The notes: generated by a model from the sequence alone, not told the origin. Numbered from the whole stretch's first letter, positions 49,032 to 62,445 are shown. The stretch is 63,931 bases of DNA, filler included, from Vicugna vicugna (GCA_013265495.1; 84 parts of 79 records of this genome joined end to end with filler, not necessarily neighbours in it); one strand, 5' to 3'. Numbers and translations are program-made.

Positions 49032-49498
49032 CTGGGTCTCCACAACTACCCCACACACAAGGCTGCGATCCGGAATTCTGAATGTGTGGAAGTTCCTCCA
49101 AATGACAGCAGCGCCTGCGTTCCAATAGAATAACTCAGCTTGTATTCCATGAGTGTTTCCCTAGGCCGGGCTGTGAGCGAAAGCTGGGGGTTGGGCTTGG
49201 AGGCCAAGTAGCAGCTTGTGCCACAGATTGACTGAGGATGTTCTTAGAGACTCCCCTCCCGCGGAACACTTGTGTCACCATTCATCTGCGTAGATTGGAG
49301 CTGCACAACTCCCCCCCACACAAGAGTTTCTCCGGAGTCCTAAGTGTTGGGAAGTTCCTCCAAGTGACAGCAGCAACCGGGTTTTATACAATACCTTAGA
49401 TTGTATTTCCTGATGGCTTGTCCTGCCAGGAGTGCGGAGGAAATTGATTTGGTCTCTAAAACGAAGTATTAACGAGTGCACATCCGTGGAGTTGTTTA
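49032..49498 (-). repeat. Satellite B
   Basis: GGAAGTTCCTCCAA..GACAGCAGC repeated about 260 bp apart. Confidence 0.85.
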
Positions 49499-49598
49499 NN
49501 NNNNNNNNNNNNNNNNNNNNNNNNNNNNNNNNNNNNNNNNNNTTAATTAATTAANNNNNNNNNNNNNNNNNNNNNNNNNNNNNNNNNNNNNNNNNNNN

Positions 49599-50456
49599 CC
49601 TCAAACATGCATTTCTGAGTTGTGAACATGCGCGTGACTGATGATTCAACCATCAAATAAGTTACGAATGCACTCTGAAATATTTACTTTGTCTTCGTAG
49701 CTTCTTCATATCACCAGTTTCAAGAATCACACTTTGATCCCACAAAAACCCTCTTGGAGCGAATTCTTCCCTAGAGATATGTAATTTGAATCGATTCCAT
49801 CTACATGATATTCCGTGTTCGGTACATGCTACATACATGNNNNNNNNNNNNNNNNNNNNNNNNNNNNNNNNNNNNNNNNNNNNNNNNNNNNNNNNNNNNN
49901 NNNNNNNNNNNNNNNNNNNNNNNNNNNNNNNNNNNNNNNNNNNNNNNNNNNNNNNNNNNNNNNNNNNNNNNNNNNNNNNNNNNNNNNNNNNNNNNNNNNN
50001 NNNNNNNNNNNNNNNNNNNNNNNNNNNNNNNNNNNNNNNNNNNNNNNNNNNNNNNNNNNNNNNNNNNNNNNNNNNNNNNNNNNNNNNNNNNNNNNNNNNN
50101 NNNNNNNNNNNNNNNNNNNNNNNNNNNNNNNNNNNNNNNNNNNNNNNNNNNNNNNNNNNNNNNNNNNNNNNNNNNNNNNNNNNNNNNNNNNNNNNNNNNN
50201 NNNNNNNNNNNNNNNNNNNNNNNNNNNNNNNNNNAGAAAACACTCTTTGAGCGAATTCTCACCAATACACATGTAATTTACATTGTTTACATAACCATGG
50301 CATTCCGTATTACGAATATGTTTCATGCATCACAGATTCCTCAAACTTGAATTTGTTAATTCTGAACATGCGCATGGCTGATGTTTCAAACACCAAACAA
50401 GTTACCAATGAACTATGAAATATTTATTTTCACTTCGTAGCTTCTGCCTATCACCA
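49599..50456 (+). repeat. Satellite D
   Basis: The same subunit subtype recurs at 49600 and 50340 (740 bp, across a sized gap). Confidence 0.88.
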
Positions 50457-50556
50457 NNNNNNNNNNNNNNNNNNNNNNNNNNNNNNNNNNNNNNNNNNNN
50501 TTAATTAATTAANNNNNNNNNNNNNNNNNNNNNNNNNNNNNNNNNNNNNNNNNNNN

Positions 50557-51391
50557 TCCATTTCTATGCATCATCTTCAAATTTGTTTATCAGTGTCCTT
50601 TCGATTTTATTATCTTTGTTTTTTTCCTAGGTTTTTCATGTTTTGATCTGATTTCATATGGATTTTTTAAAATTATGGAATATTTCATTGTTAGTGTAAA
50701 GAAATGCGACAGTTTTTGTTTTTAAATCTGAATCATGGTACTTTGCTAAAACTTTGTTAAATGCCTTTATTAGTTTTAGTTGTTCTGGTGTGGAGAATAT
50801 TTAGCGTTCTCTATATAGATTATTATCTCAATCTAAATTAATAACAGATTTACTTCATTCAATCCAACTTGAATAAATTTTTTTCTATTCCGATTGCTGT
50901 TGCTAGGACATCCCATACTGTGTTTAATAGAAATGGTGAGAGTGGGTATCCTTGTCGTATTCCTTAATTTGGCTTTCAGTTTTTAACTTTTGCATATTAT
51001 GTTGTATATATTTCTGTAATAAATGACTTTAGATATTTTGAGATATATTTCCAGAATCTTTCTTTGGTAAGAGGTTTCTATTGTTGTTGTTGCTGTTGTT
51101 GTTGTTGTGTTGTTGTTGTTGCTGTTCTAATGAATAAATGTTGAATTATGTGAAATGCTTTTTATGGGTTTATTGGGATAACCACGTAGTTTTCTCTTTT
51201 ACATTTGTTAATGTGGTGTATCAAACTGATTGATTTGTGTATGTTGAACCTCTCTTGTGACCCTGCAATGAATCCAAGTTGATCATGATGCATGATTCAT
51301 TTTTGGTTTTGCTGGGTTTAGTTTGCTAATAATATTTTGTAGATTATTGCATCTAAATCAATCAAATATATTTGCTAGAAGTTGTCTTTGC
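50557..51391 (-). mobile_element. Diverged LINE-1 ORF2 RT fragment with (TTG)n insertion
   Basis: GGTGAGAGTGGGTATCCTTGTC (antisense RQGYPLSP) and TATGTTGAACC; TTG repeat at about 51081-51126. Confidence 0.88.
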
Positions 51392-51594
51392 NNNNNNNNN
51401 NNNNNNNNNNNNNNNNNNNNNNNNNNNNNNNNNNNTTAATTAATTAANNNNNNNNNNNNNNNNNNNNNNNNNNNNNNNNNNNNNNNNNNNNAAGCCTGTG
51501 GATTTCCACCCAGTGTACCCCTCGGCATGCTTTGTGTGTGCTCTGCTGCCTCAGGGTTCCAATTGTCATCCCTCTAGTTCGGTCGAGTCCTAGG

Positions 51595-51608
51595 AGGCAT
51601 CCTCCATT

Positions 51609-51639
<31 letters not shown>

Positions 51640-51950
51640 TAGACACACAGACAGACTAGCCTCCTCCTCCACTTAGAAACAGCCATATGTCCTAACCTGC
51701 TGCTCCTCATCAATTAGATAGGTAGTCAGATATATACATAGTTAGACACACATAAACACACACACACTCAACACACCCTCTAACCTCTTCCTACTCCTCA
51801 ATATTGTAAGGTCTTATACACACTAATCTCCTCCTCCATTAGAATATACTTAGGCAAACTTAATACACTCTCTTCCTCCATTATATAGATAGTCAATAAG
51901 ATTGTTGGATACACACACTAGCCTCTTCCTTCTCCTGTTATAGAGACACA
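51595..51950. repeat. Degenerate low-complexity repeat with (AGAC)n
   Basis: Recurrent CTCCTCCATTAGA-like motif plus (AGAC)7 and CA-rich runs. Confidence 0.6.
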
Positions 51951-52050
51951 NNNNNNNNNNNNNNNNNNNNNNNNNNNNNNNNNNNNNNNNNNNNTTAATT
52001 AATTAANNNNNNNNNNNNNNNNNNNNNNNNNNNNNNNNNNNNNNNNNNNN

Positions 52051-52570
52051 TGCACTTTGGACGGTGTACTCAGCAAGGGTATTGGCCTTTTATATATTTC
52101 CATTTCTCTTTAATACATGAGTGTTGATGAGGACGTGGGCCCAAGTGTTTGACACCTTGTCGAGGCGACTTTGGATACCTGCCTAGAAGTATGGGCACAG
52201 TTGCGGCTGCATCATACATTTTGCAGCCCATCCCTTTCCCCGGCTCCGTGATCACGGCAGAGTGATTCCTTGTTGACCTGTCCGTTTCCTCTGTGACATC
52301 ATAACCCATGAAAAGACCAGAGTATATTAACTTGTCTTTGTTAAAATCAAAGGAACAGATCAAATATGGAGACAGATTTGTTCTTTCCTAGTTCAGTAGT
52401 GCCAATGCCATGGAGAAGGCAGTTTGGGCAGCTTTTTGTAGTGTCCTGGAGGCTTTCTCTCTCAGCTTCTGGGCGCCTCTGTTGAAAACCCTTCATTGTT
52501 GTGTGGCCTGCTGGTAAAGCACTCCGCCTGTTTTGCCCTGAAGATGTGTTCTGTTTATAAACTTATCTCT
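52051..52570 (-). repeat. Unidentified multicopy sequence G, copy 2
   Basis: Reverse complement aligns to 9207-9596. Confidence 0.85.
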
Positions 52571-53609
52571 NNNNNNNNNNNNNNNNNNNNNNNNNNNNNN
52601 NNNNNNNNNNNNNNTTAATTAATTAANNNNNNNNNNNNNNNNNNNNNNNNNNNNNNNNNNNNNNNNNNNNATTCTTAAATTTAGATGCTAATATTATACC
52701 CTAAATTTCAAAAAACGCTTTTGATTTGACATTCTCATACAGACCTTGTCATCTACACAGATGAAAATGCTTGAGCAAGCATTTGTTACTTAAAGTTATG
52801 ATTCTATGTTATGAATATTTTAGTCACAAAAAAGTGTATAAACTAAATATGCCAAATTAAGTAAAGCTTTATATATACAAGAATTATTTTTTAAAGAGTT
52901 GTCAGTACAATTTAAACTGATAATCTACTCTATTCTCTTTCATCTTCTCAGATATTTTTTAGCAAAAACAAAGGCCCAAGTGTGCTAAGTTGAACCTGAT
53001 CAAATTGCCATTTTGTAGGTCCTGAGTGGTCAGATTCTGACAGTTTTGTGTAGTTGAAGCAAACAGAAGTACTACTGCACTGACAGACTTTATATTGAGA
53101 TACACAAAGGCATGCTCCAGGCCATTTCCTCACAAAACTGTTCTGCCCTCCAGAATAAGAAGATATTAAGTAAAATCCCAAATTGGTTGGCATTAAAGTT
53201 CATCATGGTTTAATCCCTCAGAATGACCTGTTCCTGAATATAGANNNNNNNNNNNNNNNNNNNNNNNNNNNNNNNNNNNNNNNNNNNNNNNNNNNNNNNN
53301 NNNNNNNNNNNNNNNNNNNNNNNNNNNNNNNNNNNNNNNNNNNNNNNNNNNNNNNNNNNNNNNNNNNNNNNNNNNNNNNNNNNNNNNNNNNNNNNNNNNN
53401 NNNNNNNNNATTAATCTTGAAAGGGGATGGGGAAGCAAACAGAGGGCATACTATTGTGTATGAAGAATGTTTCAGTGAGAATCATTAAAGATTGCTGAGT
53501 GTATCATTGNNNNNNNNNNNNNNNNNNNNNNNNNNNNNNNNNNNNNNNNNNNNTTAATTAATTAANNNNNNNNNNNNNNNNNNNNNNNNNNNNNNNNNNN
53601 NNNNNNNNN

Positions 53610-54059
53610 CGACAAATATACATTCCTGAGTTGAGGTTATCTGGATTAGTAATCATTCCTCCTCTATAAAAGTAATATTATCATCTGGACATGTGTACAC
53701 ATTTTCACAAGCTTTCCCTAACACCAGGTTCGAATTCGTGCATTTTTCACAGAAAAATAGTTCTGGAGCGATTTCCACCTAACAGATATGTAATTTACAT
53801 GTATTCCAACAACATGNNNNNNNNNNNNNNNNNNNNNNNNNNNNNNNNNNNNNNNNNNNNNNNNNNNNNNNNNNNNNNNNNNNNNNNNNNNNNNNNNNNN
53901 NNNNNNNNNNNNNNNNNNNNNNNNNNNNNNNNNNNNNNNNNNNNNACATTTAGAATACCCTAACTTCATAATTTTTCTATCACCAGGTTGTAAAATCGGA
54001 CATCTGGCTCCAGTAAACACTCTTTGAGAGAATTCTCACAAATACACATGTAATTTACA
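53610..54059 (+). repeat. Satellite D
   Basis: Matches 60663-60883 and 54177-54610. Confidence 0.88.
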
Positions 54060-54159
54060 NNNNNNNNNNNNNNNNNNNNNNNNNNNNNNNNNNNNNNNNN
54101 NNNTTAATTAATTAANNNNNNNNNNNNNNNNNNNNNNNNNNNNNNNNNNNNNNNNNNNN

Positions 54160-54637
54160 CTACATGCATAACGGATTCGACAAACATGCATTCCTGAGAT
54201 GAGAACATGTGTATTACTGATCTTTCATCCTCTAAAAAAGGAATGTTTTCATCTAGACACGTGTACTCATTTTCACAAGCTTTCCCTAACAACAGTTTCG
54301 GATTCTTGCTTTTTTCACATAAAAATATTTCTGGACCGATTTCAACCTAACAAATATGTAATTAACATGAATTTCATCAACATGGCATTCCGGGTTCCGT
54401 ACATGCTACATGCATGACGGATTCGGCAAACATGCGTTTCTGCGTTGTGAGCATGTGGATTACTGAGCTTTCATACACCAAACAAGGCAAGACTTAGTAG
54501 TATTTACTCTGACTTCATAGATTTTTTCAATCACTAGTTCCTAAAATAGGACATAAGGCACTAGAAAAATCTCTTTGAGCGAATTCTCAACTATAGACAT
54601 GTTATTTACATTGTTTACATAACCATGGCATTCCGTA
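54160..54637 (+). repeat. Satellite D; subunit period 246 bp
   Basis: TACATGCAT.ACGGATTCG at 54161 and 54407. Confidence 0.9.
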
Positions 54638-54737
54638 NNNNNNNNNNNNNNNNNNNNNNNNNNNNNNNNNNNNNNNNNNNNTTAATTAATTAANNNNNNN
54701 NNNNNNNNNNNNNNNNNNNNNNNNNNNNNNNNNNNNN

Positions 54738-55233
54738 AGAAAATACCCAAGGTGATGTCAAGGATCATTCAGCACCCATCGAATTAGTATCGCGGCTTGC
54801 ATGTACTCAGGGCACTTGTATTCGGAAATCAGAGGCGTGCATTCATATTCGTAAATATTGATTCATAAGAGCATATCGTGACCTAACCCAAATGCCGATT
54901 TGGAATCAAATGGATTCCTAGTCCGTGATGTAAAATTGTATGTCTTATATGTCTTCTAACAGGATGAAGAATGCCATATTCTACGCTACGTAGGAAAGAA
55001 ATCAAAGAAGCCTATAACAAAGGCAAGTAGCTCTGCCAAAGTGTACTAAGGGGAACAATAATTGTTAATTTTATAGTTTCAATCTCTTTGGTAATGTATT
55101 CCTTATCATCATTTCATTTATTCCTGAACTCACTAAACAACTTTCTTAGTATTGTTTATTTGTATTGAGATCCTCTATGACACCTATATGGATTCTCTAT
55201 TAAAAAAGTTATATGGCAATATACCATGACTAT
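54738..55233 (-). repeat. Unidentified multicopy unit F, copy 4
   Basis: 54738-54985 is the reverse-complement homolog of 11535-11790. Confidence 0.85.
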
Positions 55234-55333
55234 NNNNNNNNNNNNNNNNNNNNNNNNNNNNNNNNNNNNNNNNNNNNTTAATTAATTAANNNNNNNNNNN
55301 NNNNNNNNNNNNNNNNNNNNNNNNNNNNNNNNN

Positions 55334-55587
55334 TTCCTGCAAACCCCCGCTAGCATTCCCTGGCACTGAAACATTAGGGAAACCCTCAGGGGCTACGAGC
55401 TCAGGCTTCCCGTTAGAACCCACGCGCTGCCGACCGTTGGTGGAACCTCCCCACGCTCAGGATTCCGGAAACATTGTTAGTGCGTGGGGGAGCTCGAGAG
55501 ACAACTCCACGTAGCTCTCTTCAGTCACAGGTGTACCCTGTTCGGGGAAGTCCGAGAAATACCTTCCCTGAATTTGGGGAGGCAGCC
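55334..55587 (+). repeat. Satellite A
   Basis: Diagnostic motifs. Confidence 0.93.
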
Positions 55588-55687
55588 NNNNNNNNNNNNN
55601 NNNNNNNNNNNNNNNNNNNNNNNNNNNNNNNTTAATTAATTAANNNNNNNNNNNNNNNNNNNNNNNNNNNNNNNNNNNNNNNNNNNN

Positions 55688-55824
55688 TTGGGGAGGCAGC
55701 CTCTGTCACTGGGATTTCCTGCAAACCACCCCTAGCTTTCCCTGGCACAGAGACATTAGAAAAATCCTCAGGGGACACTAGCTCAGACATCCCGTTAGAA
55801 CCCACGCGCTGCCGACCGTTGGTG
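55688..55824 (+). repeat. Satellite A
   Basis: Partial monomer. Confidence 0.9.
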
Positions 55825-55924
55825 NNNNNNNNNNNNNNNNNNNNNNNNNNNNNNNNNNNNNNNNNNNNTTAATTAATTAANNNNNNNNNNNNNNNNNNNN
55901 NNNNNNNNNNNNNNNNNNNNNNNN

Positions 55925-56408
55925 GCCAATAGTTCCCATATATATGTAAGTAGTGGAGTTTCCATCTTAGTAGAGACTATGTGGTCCAAATAAGCTTTTG
56001 AATGACAGCTTTCACACACACTTATCTCTCAGAACTGAGCATGTGGAGAGACATAAGTTCACCTAGCACAAATGGAAAGGGTTGCATGAGAAGCACTTAT
56101 TGTGGTTTCTCAGTCTATTTCCTAGTGCCTGCTTGAAGTTCCTGCAGTTTTCACTGTAAAACCGTGTTGGATCCAGTACTTCCCCATATACATATATGTA
56201 TTAGAGTTTCCAACAGAAAAGAAACTTTGAGTTCCCAAGAAGCTAGGTGAAGGACGGCTTTCAAACACACTTATCTATCAGAACCGAGTGTGTGGTGAGA
56301 ATTTCGCTCATCTAGCACAAAATAAATGGGTTACAGGAGAAATAATTACTCTGGTATCTCAATCTGTTTCCACTGCCAGTTTGAAGTTCCTGCAGTTATC
56401 ACTGTAAA
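55925..56408 (+). repeat. Satellite E
   Basis: CAGAACTGAGCATGTGGAGAGAC and AGCTAGGTGAAGGACGGCTTTCA motifs. Confidence 0.9.
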
Positions 56409-56508
56409 NNNNNNNNNNNNNNNNNNNNNNNNNNNNNNNNNNNNNNNNNNNNTTAATTAATTAANNNNNNNNNNNNNNNNNNNNNNNNNNNNNNNNNNNN
56501 NNNNNNNN

Positions 56509-57037
56509 ACTGACAATGGTTCCGGAATCCTGAGCATGGTGAGGTTACACCAAAGGTCGACAGCGCGTGGGTGCTAACGGAGAGCCAAAGCTCGTCTCCC
56601 CTGAGGATTTTCCTAATATCTCTGTGCCAGGGAATGCTAGGGGNNNNNNNNNNNNNNNNNNNNNNNNNNNNNNNNNNNNNNNNNNNNNNNNNNNNNNNNN
56701 NNNNNNNNNNNNNNNNNNNNNNNNNNNNNNNNNNNNNNNNNNNNNNNNNNNNNNNNNNNNNNNNNNNNNNNNNNNNNNNNNNNNNNNNNNNNNNNNNNNN
56801 NNNNNNNNNNNNNNNNNNNNNNNNNNNNNNNNNNNNNNNNNNNNNNNNNNNNNNNNNNNNNNNNNNNNNNNNNNNNNNNNNNNNNNNNNNNNNNNNNNNN
56901 NNNNNNNNNNNNNNNNNNNNNNNNNNNNNNNNNNNNNNNNNNNNNNNNNGGACAGGGAATTCTCGGACTTCTCCGCACAGGGAACACTTGTCACTGATGA
57001 GAGCTGCGTGGAGTTGACTCTCGAGCTCCCCCACGCA
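56509..57037 (-). repeat. Satellite A
   Basis: Diagnostic motifs. Confidence 0.92.
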
Positions 57038-57191
57038 NNNNNNNNNNNNNNNNNNNNNNNNNNNNNNNNNNNNNNNNNNNNTTAATTAATTAANNNNNNN
57101 NNNNNNNNNNNNNNNNNNNNNNNNNNNNNNNNNNNNNCTGCATTTCTTTTGATTATTCCTATTCAATTCACACTGAATATACGTTAAAAGA

Positions 57192-57603
57192 TTTTTTTTA
57201 TTGAAGCACAGTTGATTTACAGTATTGTATTAGTTTCAGGTGTACAGCAAAGTGATTCATTTACATTTTTTTCTGGATTATTTTCCGTTATAGGTTAAAA
57301 GGATGTTAAATAAAGGTTCCTATGTTATACAGTAAATTCTTGTTGCTTATCTATTTTATGTATAATGGTTTTAATCTGTCATTCCCATACTAGTAAATTA
57401 TTCCTCCTCCCTCTTTCCCCTTTGGTAATCATAAGTTTATATGTGAGTCTATTTCTGTTTTGTATATTGATTCATTTGCATTTTCTGGATTCCACATATA
57501 AAGTATGAAATCAAATATTTGCCTTATTGTTTGACACACTAACTGTAATACTGTATAGGTCCTTCCATATTACTGCAAATAACAATATGTCTTTTTTGTG
57601 GCT
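57192..57603 (-). mobile_element. LINE-1 3' end (artiodactyl type)
   Basis: TTTTTTTTATTGAAGCACAGTTGATTTACA..AGTTTCAGGTGTACAGCAAAGTGATTCA..TTCCCCTTTGGTAATCATAAGTTT. Confidence 0.88.
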
Positions 57604-57616
57604 AAAAAAAAAAAGG

Positions 57617-57732
57617 TCTGGAACGATTACCACCTAACAGATATTTAATTTACATGTATTCCAACAACTTGGCATTCCGGTCTCCGTGAATGCTACATGT
57701 ATGACGGATTTGGCAATCATGCGTTTCTGACT
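57617..57732 (+). repeat. Satellite D, abutting the L1
   Basis: TCTGGAACGATTACCACCTAACAGATAT..GGCATTCCGG..ATGACGGATT. Confidence 0.85.
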
Positions 57733-58349
57733 NNNNNNNNNNNNNNNNNNNNNNNNNNNNNNNNNNNNNNNNNNNNTTAATTAATTAANNNNNNNNNNNN
57801 NNNNNNNNNNNNNNNNNNNNNNNNNNNNNNNNATTTTCTTGGGTTGCAGTTTAGGACGGATTTGCATGAGAAATATTACTCAGACTTTTCCTGAATGAAG
57901 GATTGAATTCTCCACAGGAAATATTATGAAAGAGAGTGACAAGGCACAAGGGTTTCCCATAAAGGAATAGTAGATGTAATAAACTCTCACTATGGTGAAT
58001 ATTTTTAATAAAAGCCAGTTGAAAATTTTATCACTAGGTCAAATGGCACAAATCCGTCTGAAGAAAAAAGATTCAAATTTATAGAAGAAGTGGTTTGAAT
58101 CAAGTAGAAATTATGATTTCTACATTATTTGTTGTAAGAAATTATACTCAGTCTTATCAACCGGTGGTAGGAAGTGGATCATTAATTAATTATTAAACAA
58201 AAATCCACAAGGTGCTATTTGCCCCATTCTTGATGCGGCAGTACTGTGGTTAGTTAAGTTGGGACATTTAGGAAACTTAGCTAGGTTTTCCAGATATTGA
58301 TTTCAGCCACTTTATCTTTACTACAATCTCTTGTTTGTGTCGGCATATG

Positions 58350-58402
58350 GCCCATACATATATGGGGAGGAACAACCTCCAACTCGGTTTTAGAGTGCAA
58401 AC
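58350..58402 (-). repeat. Satellite E edge
   Basis: CCATACATATATGGGGAGGAACAACCTCCAACTCGGTTTTA matches 62512-62560. Confidence 0.7.
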
Positions 58403-58502
58403 NNNNNNNNNNNNNNNNNNNNNNNNNNNNNNNNNNNNNNNNNNNNTTAATTAATTAANNNNNNNNNNNNNNNNNNNNNNNNNNNNNNNNNNNNNNNNNN
58501 NN

Positions 58503-59314
58503 GAACAAAAAGGAAATACTGAATCAACTGGAAAATGACATTCAAAACGGAAATAGCACCAGTCAATCAATAATTATCACAAAAGATAATGGACTTAGTG
58601 CTTCAATCAAAAGATATATATTGTCAGATGGGATAATATAACAAGCCCCTACATTATGAAGCATAAAAGAGACTCACTTTAGTAAGAGGAACACACATTA
58701 TTTGAAAGTCAGAAGATGGAATAGCATATTCCATGCTAATGAACATGACAAGAAAGCAGGAATAGCAGTCCTGACTTCACACAAAATAGACTTTACATGA
58801 AAGGCCTAAAGATAAACAAGGACATGATATAATGCTTAAAGGAGCAATAAAAATTGAGCGTATTAAACTCATTAAGATATATGCACTCAATATAGGAGCA
58901 CCTAAATACATAAAGCAAATACTAAAAGATAAAAAGGGAGAAATGGATGGGAACACAATCATAGTAGGAGACTATAACCCCCCATTACCATCACTAGAAT
59001 TGTCTTTCAGACAGAAATTTAAAAGGGAACAATGATAAAAAAGATACAATAAAATAATTGGAGTTGGTTGATATTTCCAAAACAGTTTTCCTCCTCAAAC
59101 AGAATATACATTCTTTTCCAAGGAATATTTTAAAGATTATGTATTCAGGCACAGAAGAAGCCTGAACAAATTTAAGAAGATAAAAATTATTTCAAGCATC
59201 TTTTGTGAGTATAATACCATGAAACTAGAAATCCTTCAAGGAAAAACAGGGAGAAAAATGACTGCATGAAAATTAAACACCATGGTACTAAGACAAGTGG
59301 GGCAGGTAAAGAAT
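58503..59314 (+). mobile_element. LINE-1 ORF2 endonuclease domain (degraded)
   Basis: NGLSASIKR, ETHF, IFHAN, KKAGIAVL, IYALNIGAPKYIKQIL and NTIIVGDYN motifs, with stops. Confidence 0.93.
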
Positions 59315-59414
59315 NNNNNNNNNNNNNNNNNNNNNNNNNNNNNNNNNNNNNNNNNNNNTTAATTAATTAANNNNNNNNNNNNNNNNNNNNNNNNNNNNNN
59401 NNNNNNNNNNNNNN

Positions 59415-60303
59415 AATGCAGAACACAGAATTCAGAATATAGAATACAGAAAAATGAATATAGGATTTAGAAAATGGAATGCAGAACACACAATTTAGAC
59501 TATAGAATACAGAATACTGAATATAGATTTTATAATTTAGAATGCAGAACACAGAATATTGAATATAGAATAGAGAATATAGAATCCAGAAATATATTGA
59601 ATATAGAATAGAGAATATAGAATCCAGAAATTAGAGCATGGAATGCATAACACAGAATTTGAATATAGAATAGATAATAATGAATATAGAATTTAGAACA
59701 TTGAATGCGGAAACAGAAAATAGACAATAGAATACAGTATACTGAATATAGAAATAAAAACATAGAATGCAGAACACAGAATTTACAATATATAATATGA
59801 AGAGTGAATATAGAATATAGAATGTAGAACACAGAATATACAATAGAGTATACGGAATGCAGAATATAGAATACAGAAAATAGAATGTAGAACAGAGAAT
59901 ATAGAATATGGAAAACATAATACAGAAACAAGAATAGAGAACATGGAATGCAGAACACACAATTTAGAATATAGAAAACAGAATAATGAATAAAGAATTT
60001 AGAACATAGAGTGCAGAACACAGAATTGAGAATGTAGAATAAAGAATACTGAATATACAATTTAGAATATGGAACACAGAATATAGAATATAGAATCCAT
60101 AATTTTGAATAAAGGATTTAGAATTTGGAATGCAGAACACAGAATTTAGAATATAGAATACAGAATACTGAATATATAATATACAAAATTTAATGCAGAA
60201 CACAGAATTAAGAATATACAATACACAATACTGAAATTAGAATTTTGACTATAGAATATAGAACACAGAATTCTGGATATAGAATACATAATACTCAATA
60301 TAG
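59415..60303 (+). repeat. Satellite C
   Basis: Heptamer variants; local 35-bp duplication near 59556-59630. Confidence 0.92.
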
Positions 60304-60403
60304 NNNNNNNNNNNNNNNNNNNNNNNNNNNNNNNNNNNNNNNNNNNNTTAATTAATTAANNNNNNNNNNNNNNNNNNNNNNNNNNNNNNNNNNNNNNNNN
60401 NNN

Positions 60404-60883
60404 CATCACGGATTCTTCAAACATGCATTTCTGAGTTGAGAACATGCGAATGACTCATATTTCAAACACCAAACCAGTTTCATATGCACTCTGAAATATT
60501 AACTTTGACTTCGTAGCTTCTTCGTATCATCAGTTTCAAGAATCACACTTTGATCCCACAAAAACCCTCTTGGAGCTAATTCTACCCTAGAGATATGTAA
60601 TTTATTAGATATCATCTACATGATATTCCGTGTTTCGTGCATGCTACATAAATGACGGATTCGACAAACATACATTCCTGAGTTGAGGTCATCTGGATTT
60701 CCAATCTTTCATCCTCTATAAAAGGAATATTTTCATCTAGACACGTGTACACATTTTAACAAGTTTTCCCTAACACCTGGTTCGAATTCGTGCATTTTTC
60801 ACAGAAAAATTATTCTGGAGAGATTTCTAAGATTTCTGCCTAATTGTTATGTAATTTACATGAATTCCATCAACATGGCATTC
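60404..60883 (+). repeat. Satellite D
   Basis: ACGGATTC..CAAACAT recurs 247 bp apart. Confidence 0.9.
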
Positions 60884-60983
60884 NNNNNNNNNNNNNNNNN
60901 NNNNNNNNNNNNNNNNNNNNNNNNNNNTTAATTAATTAANNNNNNNNNNNNNNNNNNNNNNNNNNNNNNNNNNNNNNNNNNNN

Positions 60984-61328
60984 AATACCTTCTCTGATCT
61001 TGGGGAGGCAGTCTCTGACACAGGGATAAACTGCAATCACCCCTAGCATTCCCTGGCACAAGACATTCAGAAAACCCTCAGGGGAGACGAGATTCGGCAT
61101 TCCGTTAGAACCCAGGCGCTACCGACCGTTGGTGGAACCTCCTCACGCTCAGGATTTCGGAAACATTGTCAGTGCGTGGAGTATATCGAGAGACAACTCC
61201 ACGCAGCTCTCTTCAGTCACAGGTGTTCCCTGTTCGGGGAAGTCCTGGAAATAAATTCCCTGACCTTGGGGAGGCAGCCTCGGTCACTGGGATATCCTGC
61301 AATCACCCCTAGCATTCCCTGGCACAGA
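60984..61328 (+). repeat. Satellite A
   Basis: More than one monomer. Confidence 0.93.
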
Positions 61329-61428
61329 NNNNNNNNNNNNNNNNNNNNNNNNNNNNNNNNNNNNNNNNNNNNTTAATTAATTAANNNNNNNNNNNNNNNN
61401 NNNNNNNNNNNNNNNNNNNNNNNNNNNN

Positions 61429-62345
61429 TTTCCTAATGTCTCTTTGCCAGGGAATGCTAGGGGTGTTTGTAGGTTATCCCAGTGACATCCGCTGCCTCCC
61501 CAAGGTCAGGGAATATATTTCTCGGACTTCCCCGAACAGGGAACACCTGTGACTGAAGAGAGCTGCGTGGAGTTGTCTCTCGAGCTCCCCCACGCACTGA
61601 CAATGGTTCCGGAATCCTGAGCGTGGGGAGGTTCCACCANNNNNNNNNNNNNNNNNNNNNNNNNNNNNNNNNNNNNNNNNNNNNNNNNNNNNNNNNNNNN
61701 NNNNNNNNNNNNNNNNNNNNNNNNNNNNNNNNNNNNNNNNNNNNNNNNNNNNNNNNNNNNNNNNNNNNNNNNNNNNNNNNNNNNNNNNNNNNNNNNNNNN
61801 NNNATGAAGAGAGCTGCGTGGAGTTGTCTCTCGAGCTCCCCCACGCACTGACAATGTTTCCGGAATCCTGAGCGTGGGGAGGTTCCACCAACGGTCGGCA
61901 GCGCGTGGGTTCTAACCGAATGCCTAACCTCGTCTCCAGTGAGGTTTTCCTAATGTCTCTGTGCCAGGGAATGGTATGGGGGTTGCAAGATATCCCAGTG
62001 ACATACGCTGCCTCCACAAAGTCAGGGAAGGTTTTTCCCGGACTTCCCCGATCAGGGAAATTCTGTGAATGAAGAGAGCTACGTGGAGTTGTCTCTAAAG
62101 CTCCCCCACGCACTGACAATGGTTCCGGAATCCTGAGCGTGGGGAGGTTCCACCAAACGTCGACAGAGCGTGGGTTCTAACGAAATGCCTAAGCTCGTCT
62201 CCCCTGAGTGTTTTCCTAATTTCTCTGTGCCAGGGAATGCTAGGGGTGTTTGCAGGATATCCCAGTGACATACGCTGCATCCCCAAGTTCAGGGAAGGCA
62301 TTTCCCAGACTTCCCCGGACAGGGAACTCCTGTGACTGAAGAGAG
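61429..62345 (-). repeat. Satellite A
   Basis: About 3 monomers with an internal gap. Confidence 0.95.
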
Positions 62346-62445
62346 NNNNNNNNNNNNNNNNNNNNNNNNNNNNNNNNNNNNNNNNNNNNTTAATTAATTA
62401 ANNNNNNNNNNNNNNNNNNNNNNNNNNNNNNNNNNNNNNNNNNNN

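Noticed and set aside
62168..62190. CENP-B box in satellite A (TTCGTTAGAACC on the minus strand)
   Set aside because: Lacks the essential CGGG half of the nTTCGnnnnAnnCGGGn consensus, and most monomers have TCCG instead of TTCG.
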